From Folioceros fuciformis (lineage: Eukaryota): a stretch of DNA of 44,990 bases. The notes under the pieces were generated by a model, which worked only from the letters and a program-made list of their open reading frames with translations, ran no database searches and was not told where the DNA came from. Location: NCBI GenBank assembly GCA_049999805.1, contig JBNGIO010006220.1:172975-217964 (forward strand), read 5' to 3'. A program made the position numbers and the translations under genes. Shown in pieces: positions 22,901 through 35,982 of this stretch; within the stretch, counting starts at the first letter, position 1; each line of letters opens with the position of its first letter.

Positions 22901-25900
22901 TACATCTCGTAAAGTGCGACTGCCCTAAGCTTGTTGATGGCAGGGTTACACTCGTTCATTTGGGATGAGACTTGTGAATGGTGAGCGGAGGGAGTGGCTT
23001 AAGCCAATAATGTTCAGTGCCGGGATTGGGCAGGTATTGTATGCCACAATGCATGACCTGAAAGGTTTTAATTTTTCCCAAGTATAGTCTACTCTAGCGG
23101 TCTATGGCACTCTTTGCACTCCTCACCGCTCTGAGCAGCAATTGATTTGTCACAGATTGATCACCGCCACCTGGAAAAAGAAGATCCTGAAGTAGGGATG
23201 CTTGTGGTGAAGGTATGAAGTTCGCCTTGCGCTAACTGTGTCTTTATGAAAAGTTCCGACGCGCAAGCTCATAGTTTATGATGCCTCACTGCTAGTTGAA
23301 TTTATCCTCCAGATTGGTGGCCCAGCCTACAGGATAGGGATGGGAGGTGGTGCAGCTTCCAGCATGGTGACTAAGGAAACCCTTGGATGAAATACCAAAG
23401 GATATGTCATTTGGCTTAAGTTACATCTTTTTGAAATTTTGGATGGTTCGGAAGGCTAATTCTTAGTCTACTGTGTGGAGCAGGTCAGTGGGCAAAATGA
23501 TGCAGAGCTGGACTTCAATGCAGTACAGAGAGGTGATGCTGAGATGGCTCAGAAGCTGTATCGAGTAGTGCGCACGTGTGTTGAATTAGGCGATCAAAAT
23601 CCGATTGTTAGCATACATGACCAAGGTGCTGGAGGAAATTGCAACGTCGTGAAAGAGATTATCTACCCCAAGGTTGGTGATCTTTGATACACATTATTTT
23701 CTGGATTTTCTGGAAGAGCAAGAACCTTGCTCTTCTCGAGTGTGTCTTTGCTGCACTTTCTGTAAGGTTGGACGTCTGGGTGAATCATCGCTTGATATCT
23801 TTTTATCAGGGTGCGGAGATTGATGTGAGGTCAATTGTTGTTGGCGATCACACAATGTCAGTCCTGGAGATATGGGGTGCAGAGTATCAGGAGCAGGTAT
23901 TTTGTTGAGATGTCTCCTTGTAACTATGTGCTCAGGGTCTGTTACTTGTGTTGTTTCTTCCCTGTTTTAAGTACTTGCTGCATCATGGTGCTCAAAAGTG
24001 AAGAGATCCTGTGGTGCACTTCAGAAATCAGCAGAAGTGATGCACAAGAACAGTCCCGGCTGGCTTTTTGTCTTTTGTACATCTTAATGTGTTGCATACA
24101 CGTTGTGTACACGAGAAAGTGTGTGTGGCATCTCTGATTAAACTTTTGGGGTTTCTACTCAGGATGCCTTGCTGATCAGGCCAGAAAATGAAGGATTGCT
24201 GCGTTCAATCTGCCAGAGGGAGCGTGTGTCAATGGCAGTGATTGGCAAGATCAGGTTGTTTTCTGGTTTGTCAAAATATCTCCCTCTCATCAAGAGGGAG
24301 TGTATACATGGTGGTCAAACTAAGTTTTTCGATCTTTGCTGCAAGCAGTGGTGAAGGTCGGATTGTCCTAGTGGATGGGATTGCTAGGGAGGAAGCCCGG
24401 TCCAAGGGTCTCCCAGACCCAATGCCTGCTGTGGAGCTCGATCTTGAAAAGGTGTACTGTATTTCCATGCAGGAGTGTAATATTGTATGGTTACAATGTT
24501 CATGGGGCTAAGTGTAACTGACAATTGCTTACATGTCACTGCTCCTCTTCCGAAAGGTGTTAGGTGATATGCCACAGAAGGTGTTTGAGTTCAGCCGGAG
24601 AAATGACCCTTTGGAGCCCTTTGCTACTGCACCCGGAGTCACTGTGTCAGAAGCCTTAAAACGCGTTCTACGGCTGCCATCTGTGTGCTCCAAGCGGTTC
24701 TTAACCACAAAGGTCTGTATTGTACACGTCTGACGTTTCCTGACCTAGTGCGGTAGGACGACGCTTCAGGGCTGTATCAATTCTAGGGTGCATTTGTGGC
24801 AGGTTGATCGCTGTGTGACAGGCCTGGTTGCTAGGCAGCAAACTGTTGGCCCTTTGCAGTTAACCTTGGCAGACGTGGCCGTCATTGCACAGGTCTTCTT
24901 CACCAACATGGTTTCGTTTGTGAATCTGCTTATGTGAGCATGTTATGTTTCAGGCAAAGCTGCTAAGTTACTGATATATTTCTTTACGTGTGATTCACCT
25001 GTTTTATGTAGACTCACACAGGCATAACGGGGGCTGCATGTTCAATCGGAGAACAGCCTATCAAGGTACTCTTTAAAAAATTGTATCCTTGTGTACTAAG
25101 GTTCTTTCTCGGCCTGGGAGATTTATGCATGCATTTTGAACTGACAGGGCTTGCTCAACCCCAAGGCCATGGCCAGGCTGGCTATAGGAGAAGCACTTAC
25201 CAATCTCGTGTGGGCGAAGGTGATTTTCGGTACCAAAATTGTTTAATCCTGGCTGTAATAGGGCTAGCTTACCTTATGATATCCTTGTTGAAAAGCAGAT
25301 TACTTCATTGAGGGACGTGAAGGCAAGTGGAAACTGGATGTATGCTGCAAAAATGGACGCCGAAGGAGCTGCTATGTATGATGCAGGCGTTGCTCTGCGT
25401 GATGCTATGATTGAGCTGGAGGTTGCAATTGATGGGGGCAAAGATAGTCTGTCAATGGCTGCCCAAGCAGGAGGGGAGACAGTAAAAGCGCCTGGAAACC
25501 TAGTCATCAGTGCTTATTGCACTTGTCCAGACATATCAAAAGTTGTTACTCCTGATTTGAAGGTAAAATGAGTCCTTGTTGCCCCTCTTAGCTCCTTGGA
25601 GGAGGTTTGGCTCAAGGTATCCAGTTTTTTCTGCTATTCAGTGTTTTTCGATTCGACCTGTGTTCTGGATAACCTGCTATGTATGAAACTTAACGTGAAC
25701 TGTGAACTGGGCTGTGGGTCATAGCTCGGACATGCGGGGCGTCTGTTGCACATTGATATTGCTCGTGGAAAACGGCGCCTTGGAGGCTCCGCCTTGGCAC
25801 AAGCGTATGATCAGGTTCGTGTCATGACATCTGTTCTAAAAAACTTGAACTATCTACTTGATCTGTGCTCAGGGTTGATTCTGCGAGTAGTATGGGTATG

Positions 25901-27622
25901 CCTCAAACGTGGTTTGGTCTGTCGCACAGATTGGTGATGAATGTCCTGACGTTGATGACATAAAGTATCTTCAGAAGGTGTTCAATGCGACTCAGGTAAC
26001 ACTACGATTGCTTCAGTGGTCTAAAACAGGTCCTCCTGAATGTCTTCAGTGGCCATGGCCTGCTGAGTGCGTAGATTAACCCCACATTGCTCCTTTCCCC
26101 TAATTCAGGTACTGGTGGACAGAGAGCTCATTGCAGCAGGGCATGATGTCAGTGACGGTGGAATAATTGTGACCTTGTTGGAGATGGCATTTGCTGGCAA
26201 TTGTGGAATCGATGTAAACTTATCCACTTCTGAGGGTCTTGCACAGGACCCTTTTGCAACTCTGTTCTCTGAGGAACTCGGTCTCGTTCTTGAGGTTAGC
26301 CCCGCTTGGATTACTTAATGTGGTTCACGTTGTTGCCTTCCACATGCTTGGAGTGGGATGTTTAGTCTGTGGCTGTTGAAACTTGTTGGCACAGGCGAAC
26401 CACTTGGATTCTGCCACAGTAGAAGGAGTACTGCAGTCAGCTGGAGTGAGCTATGAATGGATTGGTTTCGTAAGACCTTCACCGCGTGTGGTTGTGGCTA
26501 TTGATGGGGTTGTGTATGTTGAGGATGCCACATCTGACCTTAGAGACGTTTGGGAAGAGACAAGCTTCTCACTAGAAAGACTTCAGCGCCTCGAGTCCTG
26601 TGTGGAAGCCGAGCAGCAGGGGCTTCGCAGCAGGACAACCCCCTTGTGGAACTTAAGTTCCCCCCCCATAAGGACGTCGGAAGATCACTTGAATGCAGCT
26701 GCTAGGCCAAAAGTTGCCATTATTCGTGAAGAAGGGAGCAATGGTGACCGGGAGATGTCTGCTGCAGTTCATGCAGCAGGTTTTGAACCTTGGGATGTCC
26801 CGATGGCAGATTTACTAGCTGAAAAAGCAACGTTAGATCAGTACAGAGGAATTATTTTTGTAGGTGGCTTCAGTTATGCAGACGTTTTGGATTCTGCAAA
26901 AGGATGGGCAGGCACAATACGCTTCAACGCAGACTTATTAAAACAGGTGAGACTCTATGGTTAGCCCTTTGCCAATTGGGCCTTTGCACAGTTTCTGTCT
27001 TTTGCTGAACAGCCACACCTGCGTACTTTTGCAGTTTCAACAGTTCTACAACCGCCCAGACACGTTTAGTCTTGGTGTTTGCAATGGCTGCCAATTAATG
27101 GCACTTCTCGGCTGGGTCCCAGGAGCCGATGTTGGAGGCACGCTTGGTTCTGGTGGGGACCAAGCACAGCCAAGATTTGTGCACAATGAGTCCGGTCGAT
27201 TTGAATGTCGGTTTTCATCTGTAACTATCAGAGATTCCCCGGCCTTGATGCTGAAGGGAATGGCTGGAACAACAGTAGGCGTGTGGACTGCACATGGTGA
27301 AGGACGAGCTTTATTTCCAGATGGAAGTATTCTAGATCAAATCCTTGATTTGAATTTGGCACCTATAAGGTACTGCGACGACTCAGGATTTGCAACCGAG
27401 GTTTACCCATTCAATCCCAACGGCTCACCCGAGGGTATCGCTGCTATATGCTCACCGGATGGGCGGCATTTGGCCATGATGCCACACCCTGAAAGATGTT
27501 TTCTTATGTGGCAATTTCCCTGGTATCCTAGGGAGTGGGTGGACATTGATCCTCTGGGTCCAAGCCCCTGGCTGCGTCTTTTTCAAAATGCCAGGCAGTG
27601 GTGTGATGAGGTCTGTGCTTGA
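19933..27622 (+). CDS. PUR4: Phosphoribosylformylglycinamidine (FGAM) synthase, large PurL, organelle-targeted, ~31-32 exons
   Basis: Transit-peptide exon 19933-20116, then VEVGPRLSFTTAWS, AQSNSEHSRHWFF, AETHNFPCAVAPFPGAETGAGG, DFNAVQRGDAEM, IHDQGAGG, DGGKDSLSM, GHDVSDGG and a glutaminase domain (GGFSYADVL, GVCNGCQ, AMMPHPER). Confidence 0.97.
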
Positions 27623-28216
27623 GCACTCCTTATTTTGATTTACGTTGCACTTCCGGGGGTGTAATCAACCCAGACGGATTATCACGTCATCAAATTTTTG
27701 ACTTGCACGGGCATTTGAAAGTCGGTACATTGTGTTTTCTAAGGATATTAGAATATTAAAATATGCTAAGGATGAAACGAGTGGTGAAAGTGCTGTTTGC
27801 GGTCTGGCGGCATCCAACGTCAGAAACCCTGCGTACGCAGGTCCACCATGGGAACCAGGCCTACAAAGAGAAAGTCTTGCTCCAACTGCAAGAAAACGTC
27901 TCGTGGTAATCCGAAAGGAAAGCAGGTCCTAGGCCCTCTAACAAGGGGGCTATGGCATGCGAAAGGGGAAACTTTCTCACAATATATTTTTTAATGTTTT
28001 CTCATGGGTATCTTTATGAATATTCTCTTTTAATGCCTACATTTTCGTGTCCTCTCCGTAAACTTACCCAACCGGACTCAGCACTAAAGGGAACTCAGAA
28101 AAAGGGACAAAAAAAAACACCACAACACATGCATATTTCAGGAAACAAGCACAAACTCTTGGTTTTCATGTTCACACTCTGTAAATTATCACAGAGGTTT
28201 CCTCTTCTCTAGGGTT

Positions 28217-28346
28217 GGATCTTTACAAAATATTCTCTTTTGCAACCAACTGGATCTTTACAAGATATTCCCAATTTCAGGGTTTGCGCCTCTTCGCAAC
28301 TGGATCTTTACAAGATATTCCCAATTTTAGGGTTTGTGCCTCTTCC
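28217..28346. repeat. ~50-bp tandem repeat (TGGATCTTTACAAGATATTCCCAATTT.AGGGTTTG.GCCTCTTC) x2 plus a partial copy
   Basis: Directly visible. Confidence 0.85.
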
Positions 28347-28450
28347 CAAATGCGGTGAAGATGCGGTTTCATATAGGCTTTTAGGGTCAGCACCCAAGAC
28401 AAACAATCACCAGCCCTCAAGGTGTTTGGTTTATCATGTGCCAAAGTTCG

Positions 28451-28635
28451 CCATGCCCCTTATGCTCCATTCTGATTGTGCAAGTGTGGTGTTTCATTGT
28501 AATCCATCACAACATCGACTATCACTCTTCCATCACTTTTCCATGCTCCTTATGGTCCATTTCGATTGTGCAAGTGTGGTGTTTCATTGTAATCCATCAC
28601 AACATCGACTATCACTCTTTCATCACTTTTCCATG
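28451..28635. repeat. 90-bp tandem duplication x2
   Basis: CCATGC..CTTATG.TCCATT..GATTGTGCAAGTGTGGTGTTTCATTGTAATCCATCACAACATCGACTATCACTCTT.CATCACTTTT occurs twice. Confidence 0.92.
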
Positions 28636-29643
28636 GGAGAACACAGAGCATATGTATGAGCAACCATTAGCCACACAATTGGGCGCTCAACGTTCATCAA
28701 AATGTACCACCCTATCTATTGCTAAGTCGTTGTATGCACACCCTGTAACCAAAAAAGGGTTTGCTTCATGGGGGTGTATGCCTACCACTCAATCCACATC
28801 TACCCCAAGCCACTACTTTGCCTACTTCCCCTACAGCCACAACTATCTATATCCCCTATGTATATCTACAACCTCTACGCATCCCGTAATTCCGCAGCTA
28901 CCTCGTCCATACCTGCCGCTAGTGTATCCATGCTTGTCTTTAGGGTATTAACACCCGCCTTCAAGTTCTCCACCCCTATGACCAACGTATGCGTCGCTTT
29001 GTGCACAACAGCCACCATAGACCTCACGGTGAGGAACACATCCTTCACTCTATCTTGGTTCTCGCTCCCACCTCCTAGTCCTCGCTCTGAGCCTGTGTTG
29101 TTGCTCCCACCTCTTTGTGCCGATATGCCTCCCCGGTGTTAGAGCCACACCTCATCCGCAAGGTAGTCAAGGTTAGGGTCGTGTCCTCTTATCCTCTTCT
29201 GAGCCAGATTGAGAGCCTGTGTACGTGACTTCCCTCCTCCGCCGCCGCGGCCTTGGGTTCAGTGGACTTTTGGTCTCCATATTGTGCCCCTCTTCCCCTT
29301 TTGACTGTGCTCCCTATGTTTCCATCCCCACACACGCGTGCCGTTCCCGACCTGATCCTGCACTTCCCCCGTTTCTTGCAATGCTAGCGTCCACAGCTTC
29401 CAGCTCTTGTTACACAGCCTTGCACTCCTCCCTCAAGCAGGACACCCTCCCCAACCTCCTCTCCAGTTGTTGCCGGCGCATGACATCCAGGTACCTCCAT
29501 CGTCATTTTCCCTGTACATTGGCCTTCGTGGTCTACTGCCCTCCTTCCAGTCCCACCTCCCTATTGCAATCATGGACATCATCTCTAGAGCTGCCTCATT
29601 AGCACCTATGCCACCACAGCCAATATTCCCCACTTGCCTTGAC

Positions 29644-29826
29644 TAAAGGAAATTATGTTAGTTTAGGTTAGTTTCATAATTAGCTTATTAGTTAATTAAA
29701 TACCCTAAAATACATATATACACTTTTTCTTTACTTTTGAACATAACGATAACTGCTTTTGCTTTGTGCACCTCTCGTGCTCTCGTGCCTGTGCACTACC
29801 ATACTCACTCAATCCATAACTCGAAA
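29644..29826 (+). repeat. 5' LTR of element 1
   Basis: Matches 35800-35982 with 10 substitutions in 183 bp by hand count; directly followed by the PBS. Confidence 0.95.
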
Positions 29827-29839
29827 TGGTATCAGAGCC
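29827..29839 (+). other. Primer binding site, tRNA-iMet
   Basis: TGGTATCAGAGCC. Confidence 0.95.
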
Positions 29840-32800
29840 ATGAAAATTGATCCCTCTCACTAGTACAGCCCGGGATTGTGATAGGAGCCATGGCGATTAT
29901 GCCTGAATTTTGTGCTTTCATGAAGCTATGAAGTAACGGCCTCAGGCAAAGGATCCAAGTGAGGGGACTAACACCGTGTGATCAGTCCCACCAGCGCGAT
30001 GCTTATCAACTGTCGGAGTCGTTTCTAGCAATATGGCATGCCGCGCCCTGATTCTCATTAGCCGCACATGGTTTTGTTTGGGAATCACATTGCATCGTGA
30101 GGTCGGGCAGGCGAGATGGATGGAGGCACCTCAACGCCGAAGTGACATCGTTCTTCCTGCGCTAAGCGCTGTGGAGTCTTTGTGGCCGATTTGCCCATGG
30201 TGCGCTGCACCCTGATCTAAGGATATTCACAACAAGGTCGTAAAGTTGGGCAGGGGATGGAAATGCCACCCCCATGGTGTGCCGCGCCCTGAACCATATC
30301 ACACGCGACACTGCAGCAACCATCAGCACCCTGAATTTTCGTTTTGGATCAACACAGGATTTTATGGGCAGCCGCTGTTCAAGATGCCTGCAGGATATCA
30401 TGCCTTATCATGATCTAGGGACGCCATGGTGGCAACAGCACTAGTAGGCCGTTGCGGCATCAATAGATTGCTGTGAGGGCAGCGGGCTCATGCACCTGCG
30501 CAAAACGGGTGCACGGTTTTTCCTCTTCGGCGTCATCGCTGACGGCATGGGAAAAACACGAGATTGTTTCAATGTTTTTTGGTGAAGATGTTGAGACTTG
30601 GGTGAAGATGCCAAGGCGGAGGGCCTCTTGCGCCCAACGGAGGAGTGTTTATTTTCAATCTCCTCCGACACTTAGATCTGCTAGGGATTCTACTTTCTCA
30701 TATTGCAAGTTGAAGGAACCCCGTGCCAGATCCTCCAGCGATTTTTCATTTCTTGCTGTGCGCTGCGCTGCATCTCGAAGTCGTATTCGACATCCTGTGA
30801 GCTCACGCTTAGTGCAACATCCATCTTTTCTAATTTCTCACAACTTGCGACGACGACAAATTAAGGATAATTTAAGGGAAGCCACTATCCAAATTCAAGG
30901 ACTCCAAGATGTTTTGTCTGGTCTCATTTCATGAGTTCAACAGCTGTTTTCGTTGGCTACCCCGTTTGAAGAGGAAAAGCGCATGCATCTGACTCAGCTA
31001 CTTTCACCGGAACGCTCATGCGTACCCTATCCTTAACATTTGAAGTTTGGACATGCAGCCAGGTTCGCCCTCAACAAGGTTCAGAGAATCAAATGAAGGC
31101 GAAGATTTGGACCTTGGCAGATTGGATTTGTAGGAGGAAGTTGCTTCACCTGTTGTCGATTCCACAACTGGCATCGATGAACAACAAGCAGCATCTCCTT
31201 CTTCTGAATTTTTGAGAAGTTATTGGGGCAATGTCCCTCAACCCAGCCCAGGCACTGATAGTAATTTTAGCACATCTGGTGTTCCTTCTCCTACAGCATG
31301 CAACCCTGCTGGTTTCGCAAGCACCCTTGCAGGCACGGTAGGCTACCCTGTTGCTGGAGCTGGACATTCTACTGGACAAGCTGTAAACTCAAGAACCAAC
31401 ACATCTCAACAACCTGTGCCTCGTGTCAACACCCTTGCGCAAGCTATGGCAATCACTCCAGGTGCCTTGAAGATTGATTTCAAGGACAAGGACCGCTTTA
31501 ATGCTAATGATTACCACATCTGGGTGATGAGGCTGACCCAGATTTTGGAGGAGCATGAGCTCATGTCCGTCGTGGACGAGACAGAACCAAAACCAGCAAC
31601 ACAACCCAACAATGCAAATCCTGCTGATATACTTGCATGGCAAAGGAAGGATAGGAGAGCCCGGTCGATCCTTTTGGCACATGAACATGATGCCGCATAC
31701 CATGGACGTTGACACTTTAGCATCAGTTTGGAACAACTTCAAACTCATTTATAGAGATAAGAGTTTTGTTTCCCTTGTGTTAGCAGGATTTTTTCACTAT
31801 TCGAATGAAGGATAATGAGTGTTGAGTCTTACATCAAAAAATTTCGCACAACTCGTGCGACTCTTGCATATTGTGGGACTATCTCCATTGAGTTTCAAGC
31901 TGCTATTTCATTTTTAGCATCTCTACCTGACAAATAATTCTCAGTTTATCAATCCTCAGAATGCTACTCTTCAAGCCGTTGGACCTGGTGCCAATGTAAC
32001 GTTGGAGTAGGTATTTGGAGCTTTGATTGCTGAAGAACGCCGGAGGAGCCTTCACAAGTCTAAGCCCAACACGTAGCAAGGCACCAGAGTTTTATTTGCC
32101 TCAAAAGGACGTGGAGGCAATCAAGGCAGAGGATGTGGGGGCTCAGCATGAGGAGGAGCTTCAACCTCTCAACAGCCCTACCTTCAAAGGCATACCTTCA
32201 CTTGCAACTGGTGTAAAATACCCGGTCATTTTGAGAAGGACTGCAGGAAGAAAAGGGCTAGTGAGCCCAGGAAGGAAAGTTCAAGTTCCATTCCAGAATC
32301 CAATGTAGCCACGTCTAAAGGTCTACCCAAAATACCCTCCATCTTAGCATTTTGCTTATCTTCTGTCCTAATCTAGAATGACATGTGGTTCCTTAACTCA
32401 GGGGCAACCAGTCACCTCTGTTTTGATAGGAATGCTTTCACTGTTTTTGACCCTACTCTAGATCATCACCAATTTGTTCTTTTAGGTGATGACAGTGGTT
32501 TATCCATTAAGGGAACAGGATTAGCCAAGATACAGCTTCTTGACACTTCCTCACTTACAATCACAGGTGTGTTGTTTGTCTCATCCATGACCAAGAATCT
32601 CATGTTAGTTATGAAGCTCACAGAGGAACATTCTTGTAGAGTTTGTTTTGACCATATAGGTTGTTCTGTCATTAGCAATAGTATTGCACCTGACTTATTC
32701 ACAGGGACACCTTTTCATGATTTGTACCTTCTAAATGTCAGAACTTTGTATAGTCCACTGACAACTGCTGATGTTACTCAAGCTTCTGGTCTCTCTCCAA

Positions 32801-35799
32801 CTCAGCTTTGGCATTGTCGATTACGACATGTAAATTTTAATAGGCTTTTCACTTTAGTCAATAATTCAATTTTTAGAGACCCCTTGTCTTTCTCTTTTGA
32901 TAATCGAGCTTTTTGTGACTCCTGTCAATTGAGCAAGGCAATTTCACAACCTTTTAGAGACCAAAACTTGTCAAGAGCTACCAGCCTCCTCCACACTGTC
33001 CATATATGTGGTCCCATGTCAACCATGTCCTTTGGTGGAGCATCATATTTCATCACTTCTATTGATGAGTAGAGCCGCTATTGTACAGTTTTTGTTCTTG
33101 CACACAAGAGTGCAACCTTGTCATGTTTCTAGACGTATTTAGCTTCTGCTCAGTGTCAGTCAAGTCATCAGCTGAAAATTCTTAGGATTGATAATGGAGG
33201 TGAGTATACAAGTAATGCCTTCACCGAATTTTGTGCTAGAGAGGGAGTTCTTCATCAATTTACAGTTCCTTATACTCCAGCTCAAAATGCTTTCGCAGAA
33301 CGCAAGAACAGGACACTTCAAGAGGCTACACTTTCAGCTTAGCATTTGCAGACCTCACTAGGGGATACTTGGCTGAAGCCCGTATGGCAGCTAATTATGT
33401 GCAGAACAAGTTGCCTACGAAGGAGCTTGGTTTGGTTACTCCTTATGGGCGTTGGACTGGGAAGAAGCCCCGCATTTTTATTGGTTATTCAGACGAGGTA
33501 AAGGGAGATAAGCTTTTTGATCCAAGTCCTCGGCAATTTCTTGGAGTGTTGTTTTTCATGAAAATGCTCTTCTTCGACGTTATGATGATGCTTTGGATCC
33601 TAGTTCTTTTGACTCTACTGTTTCTATTCATGGAGTGGATGACCTAGCTGATTACAATACTAATGCTGATATTGATGTGTCTATTTTTTATACTAATGAT
33701 GTTTCCAGTTCACCTTCCTCGGCTTCAAGGGGGGCTACAACATCCGGATCACATGCACCAGCTTCCCTAGCACCTGAATCTTCTCCACCAGATGAGTCTT
33801 CTACAGTTTCCTCCTTTGATGAACCCTTGGAAGTTGATCCTATTGTTGTTCTTGATTCTGACCCTTCGTCTGAACCTGAGCCCTCACCTGATCCAGTTGA
33901 GCCTACACCTGAGCCAATTTTGCGTAGATCTACACACTATAGACCACCTCGTAGTGAATGTTCTGAGCCACCTTTTGTAGCTAGTCTAGTTTTAGATAAG
34001 AATTTTGATACTTTTGAACCAGCCACTTATCAGGAAGCCATTTCTGGTCCTGAGGCTGAACACTGGCGAAAGGCTATCACGTCTGAGTATGATTCCCCTA
34101 TAACCAAAAAAACCTTGAAATTAGTTGATTTACCCAAGGGCCGCAAGCTTGTTGCTTACAAGTGGGTCTTCAAGAAGAAGTTGAACACTAACGGTAGTGT
34201 AGGATGTTATAAGGCCAAGTTAGTTGCTAAAGGCTAGAGTCAGGTAACAGACCTAGATTATAACCAAACTTTTTCCCCAGTTGTTAAATCCACCTCCATT
34301 AGAATATTGCTTTCCTTGGCTGCCATTATGGTCTTTATGTACATCAGCTGGATGTGAAGACTGCTTTCTTAAATGGGTCCTTAGAGGAGGAAATATACAT
34401 GTCCCAGCCGGAAGGTTTTGTAGAAGATGTTAACAAAGTTTGTCAGTTGCTAAAGACTTTATATGGCTTAAAAAAATCAAGCAGAGCTTGGAATGAAGCT
34501 TTCCATGCCTTACTTATTGAGCTTGGATTTACATGTCTTGATGCCGACAACATTGTTTATGTCTTATGGGACGGCACAAATTTTCTTATTTTGACAGTTT
34601 ATGTTGATGACAACATTTCATTTTGTACCTCTACTGCACTAATGGCCTGAATCAAGAGTGTTTTGCTTTCTTGCTTTGACATGTTCGACTTGGGCCAACT
34701 TAGCTTTTCACTTGGCATACAATTTCACTTCTCTGAGGATAGGCATATTGTCGAGATACATTAGGAGCATTTCTTGAATCAGCTTTTGCAATGTTTCAAT
34801 ATGGCAGATGCACATCTTGTTGCTACTCCTATGTCAACAGGAGATAAATCCAAGGAGCAACGCCCCTCAACACAAGCTGAAAAAGATATTATGGCAACTC
34901 GCCCTTATAGGCAAGCTGTAGGTAGCCTCATTTATCTTGCAGCATGGACGCGTTTAGATATAGCCAGGGCTGTTAGTAGTGTTTCTCAATTTTAGAAAAT
35001 CCAGGGGAAGGTCATTGGACAACCGTGAAGAGGATTTTTAGGTATCTCAAGGGCACCCCTAGATTTGGACTTACATACTTCAAGGAGCCTGCTGGTTTAA
35101 TGCTTACTTCATATTGTGATACTGATTGGGCCGGAGACTCGGATAGTAGGAAGAGTGTTGCAGCCTATTGCAATTTACTTGTTGGATCTGTGGTTTCTTG
35201 GTCAAGCAAGAAGTTGACTACCATTTGCTTATCATCTATGGTGGCCGAATATGGAGCTATGTCACAAGCAGCAAGAGAAGTAATTTGGATACGTTCTTTC
35301 TTGAGAGGTATACAGCAACTGCCATCAAGTGCTACAGTTTTATGGTGTGACAACCAATCTGCTATTGCACTCTCAAAGAACCTAGTTTTTCATGCGAGGT
35401 CGAAGCATATTGAGATTACTCGTCATTTTATAAGACAAGTTGCTAGTACTAGCGAGGTGGAAGTTCGTTGTATTCCAACAAGTGACAATATTGCTGATTT
35501 GCTTACCAAGGCTCTAGCTCGAAATTTACATACCAAGCATACTTCAGAAGCTGGTCTCAAACTCATTGCAACTGTGGCCAAGATTGGCACTGCACAATAA
35601 TTTGGTATCTTGGTCAACGCAATGGATGAAGCTGTAACGTTTGTGCTAGTTGTGCGCTACTCAACAACAACACTAAGGCCAAAACCCTCTTTAAGAGCTT
35701 AAGAGGGAGCTAGTTGTATGTTTTGGGTTTTGGTGTTATGGTTTACATTAGCCTATTTTTCATATTTTCCTTACTATGATTATTTCAACTAAGAGGGAG

Positions 35800-35982
35800 T
35801 AAAGGAAATTATGTTAGTTTAGGTTAGTTTCATAATCACCTTATTAGTTAATTAAATACCCTAAAATATATATATACACTTTTCCTTTACTTTTGAACAT
35901 AATGATAACCGCTTTTGCTTTGTGCACCTCTCGTGCTCTCGTGCCCGTGCACTGCTATACTCACTCAATCCATAACTCAAAA
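35800..35982 (+). repeat. 3' LTR of element 1
   Basis: Preceded by the PPT at 35791-35799 and followed by TSD TTGAC. Confidence 0.95.

Larger units (their letters stand above)
29644..35982 (+). mobile_element. Complete but decayed Ty1/Copia LTR retrotransposon (element 1)
   Basis: 183-bp LTRs at 29644-29826 and 35800-35982; TSD TTGAC at 29639-29643 and 35983-35987; PBS TGGTATCAGAGCC; PPT AAGAGGGAG. Gag, Zn knuckle, PR (WFLNSGAT), IN, RT (YVDD) and RH (DTDWAGD, DNIADLLTKAL) occur in Copia order with many stops and frameshifts. Confidence 0.97.

Noticed and set aside
2357-27622. Metabolic gene cluster or horizontally transferred operon (SAMS, PurL, PheRS)
   Set aside because: All are ordinary plant nuclear genes with spliceosomal introns and/or transit peptides, on mixed strands and in unrelated pathways.
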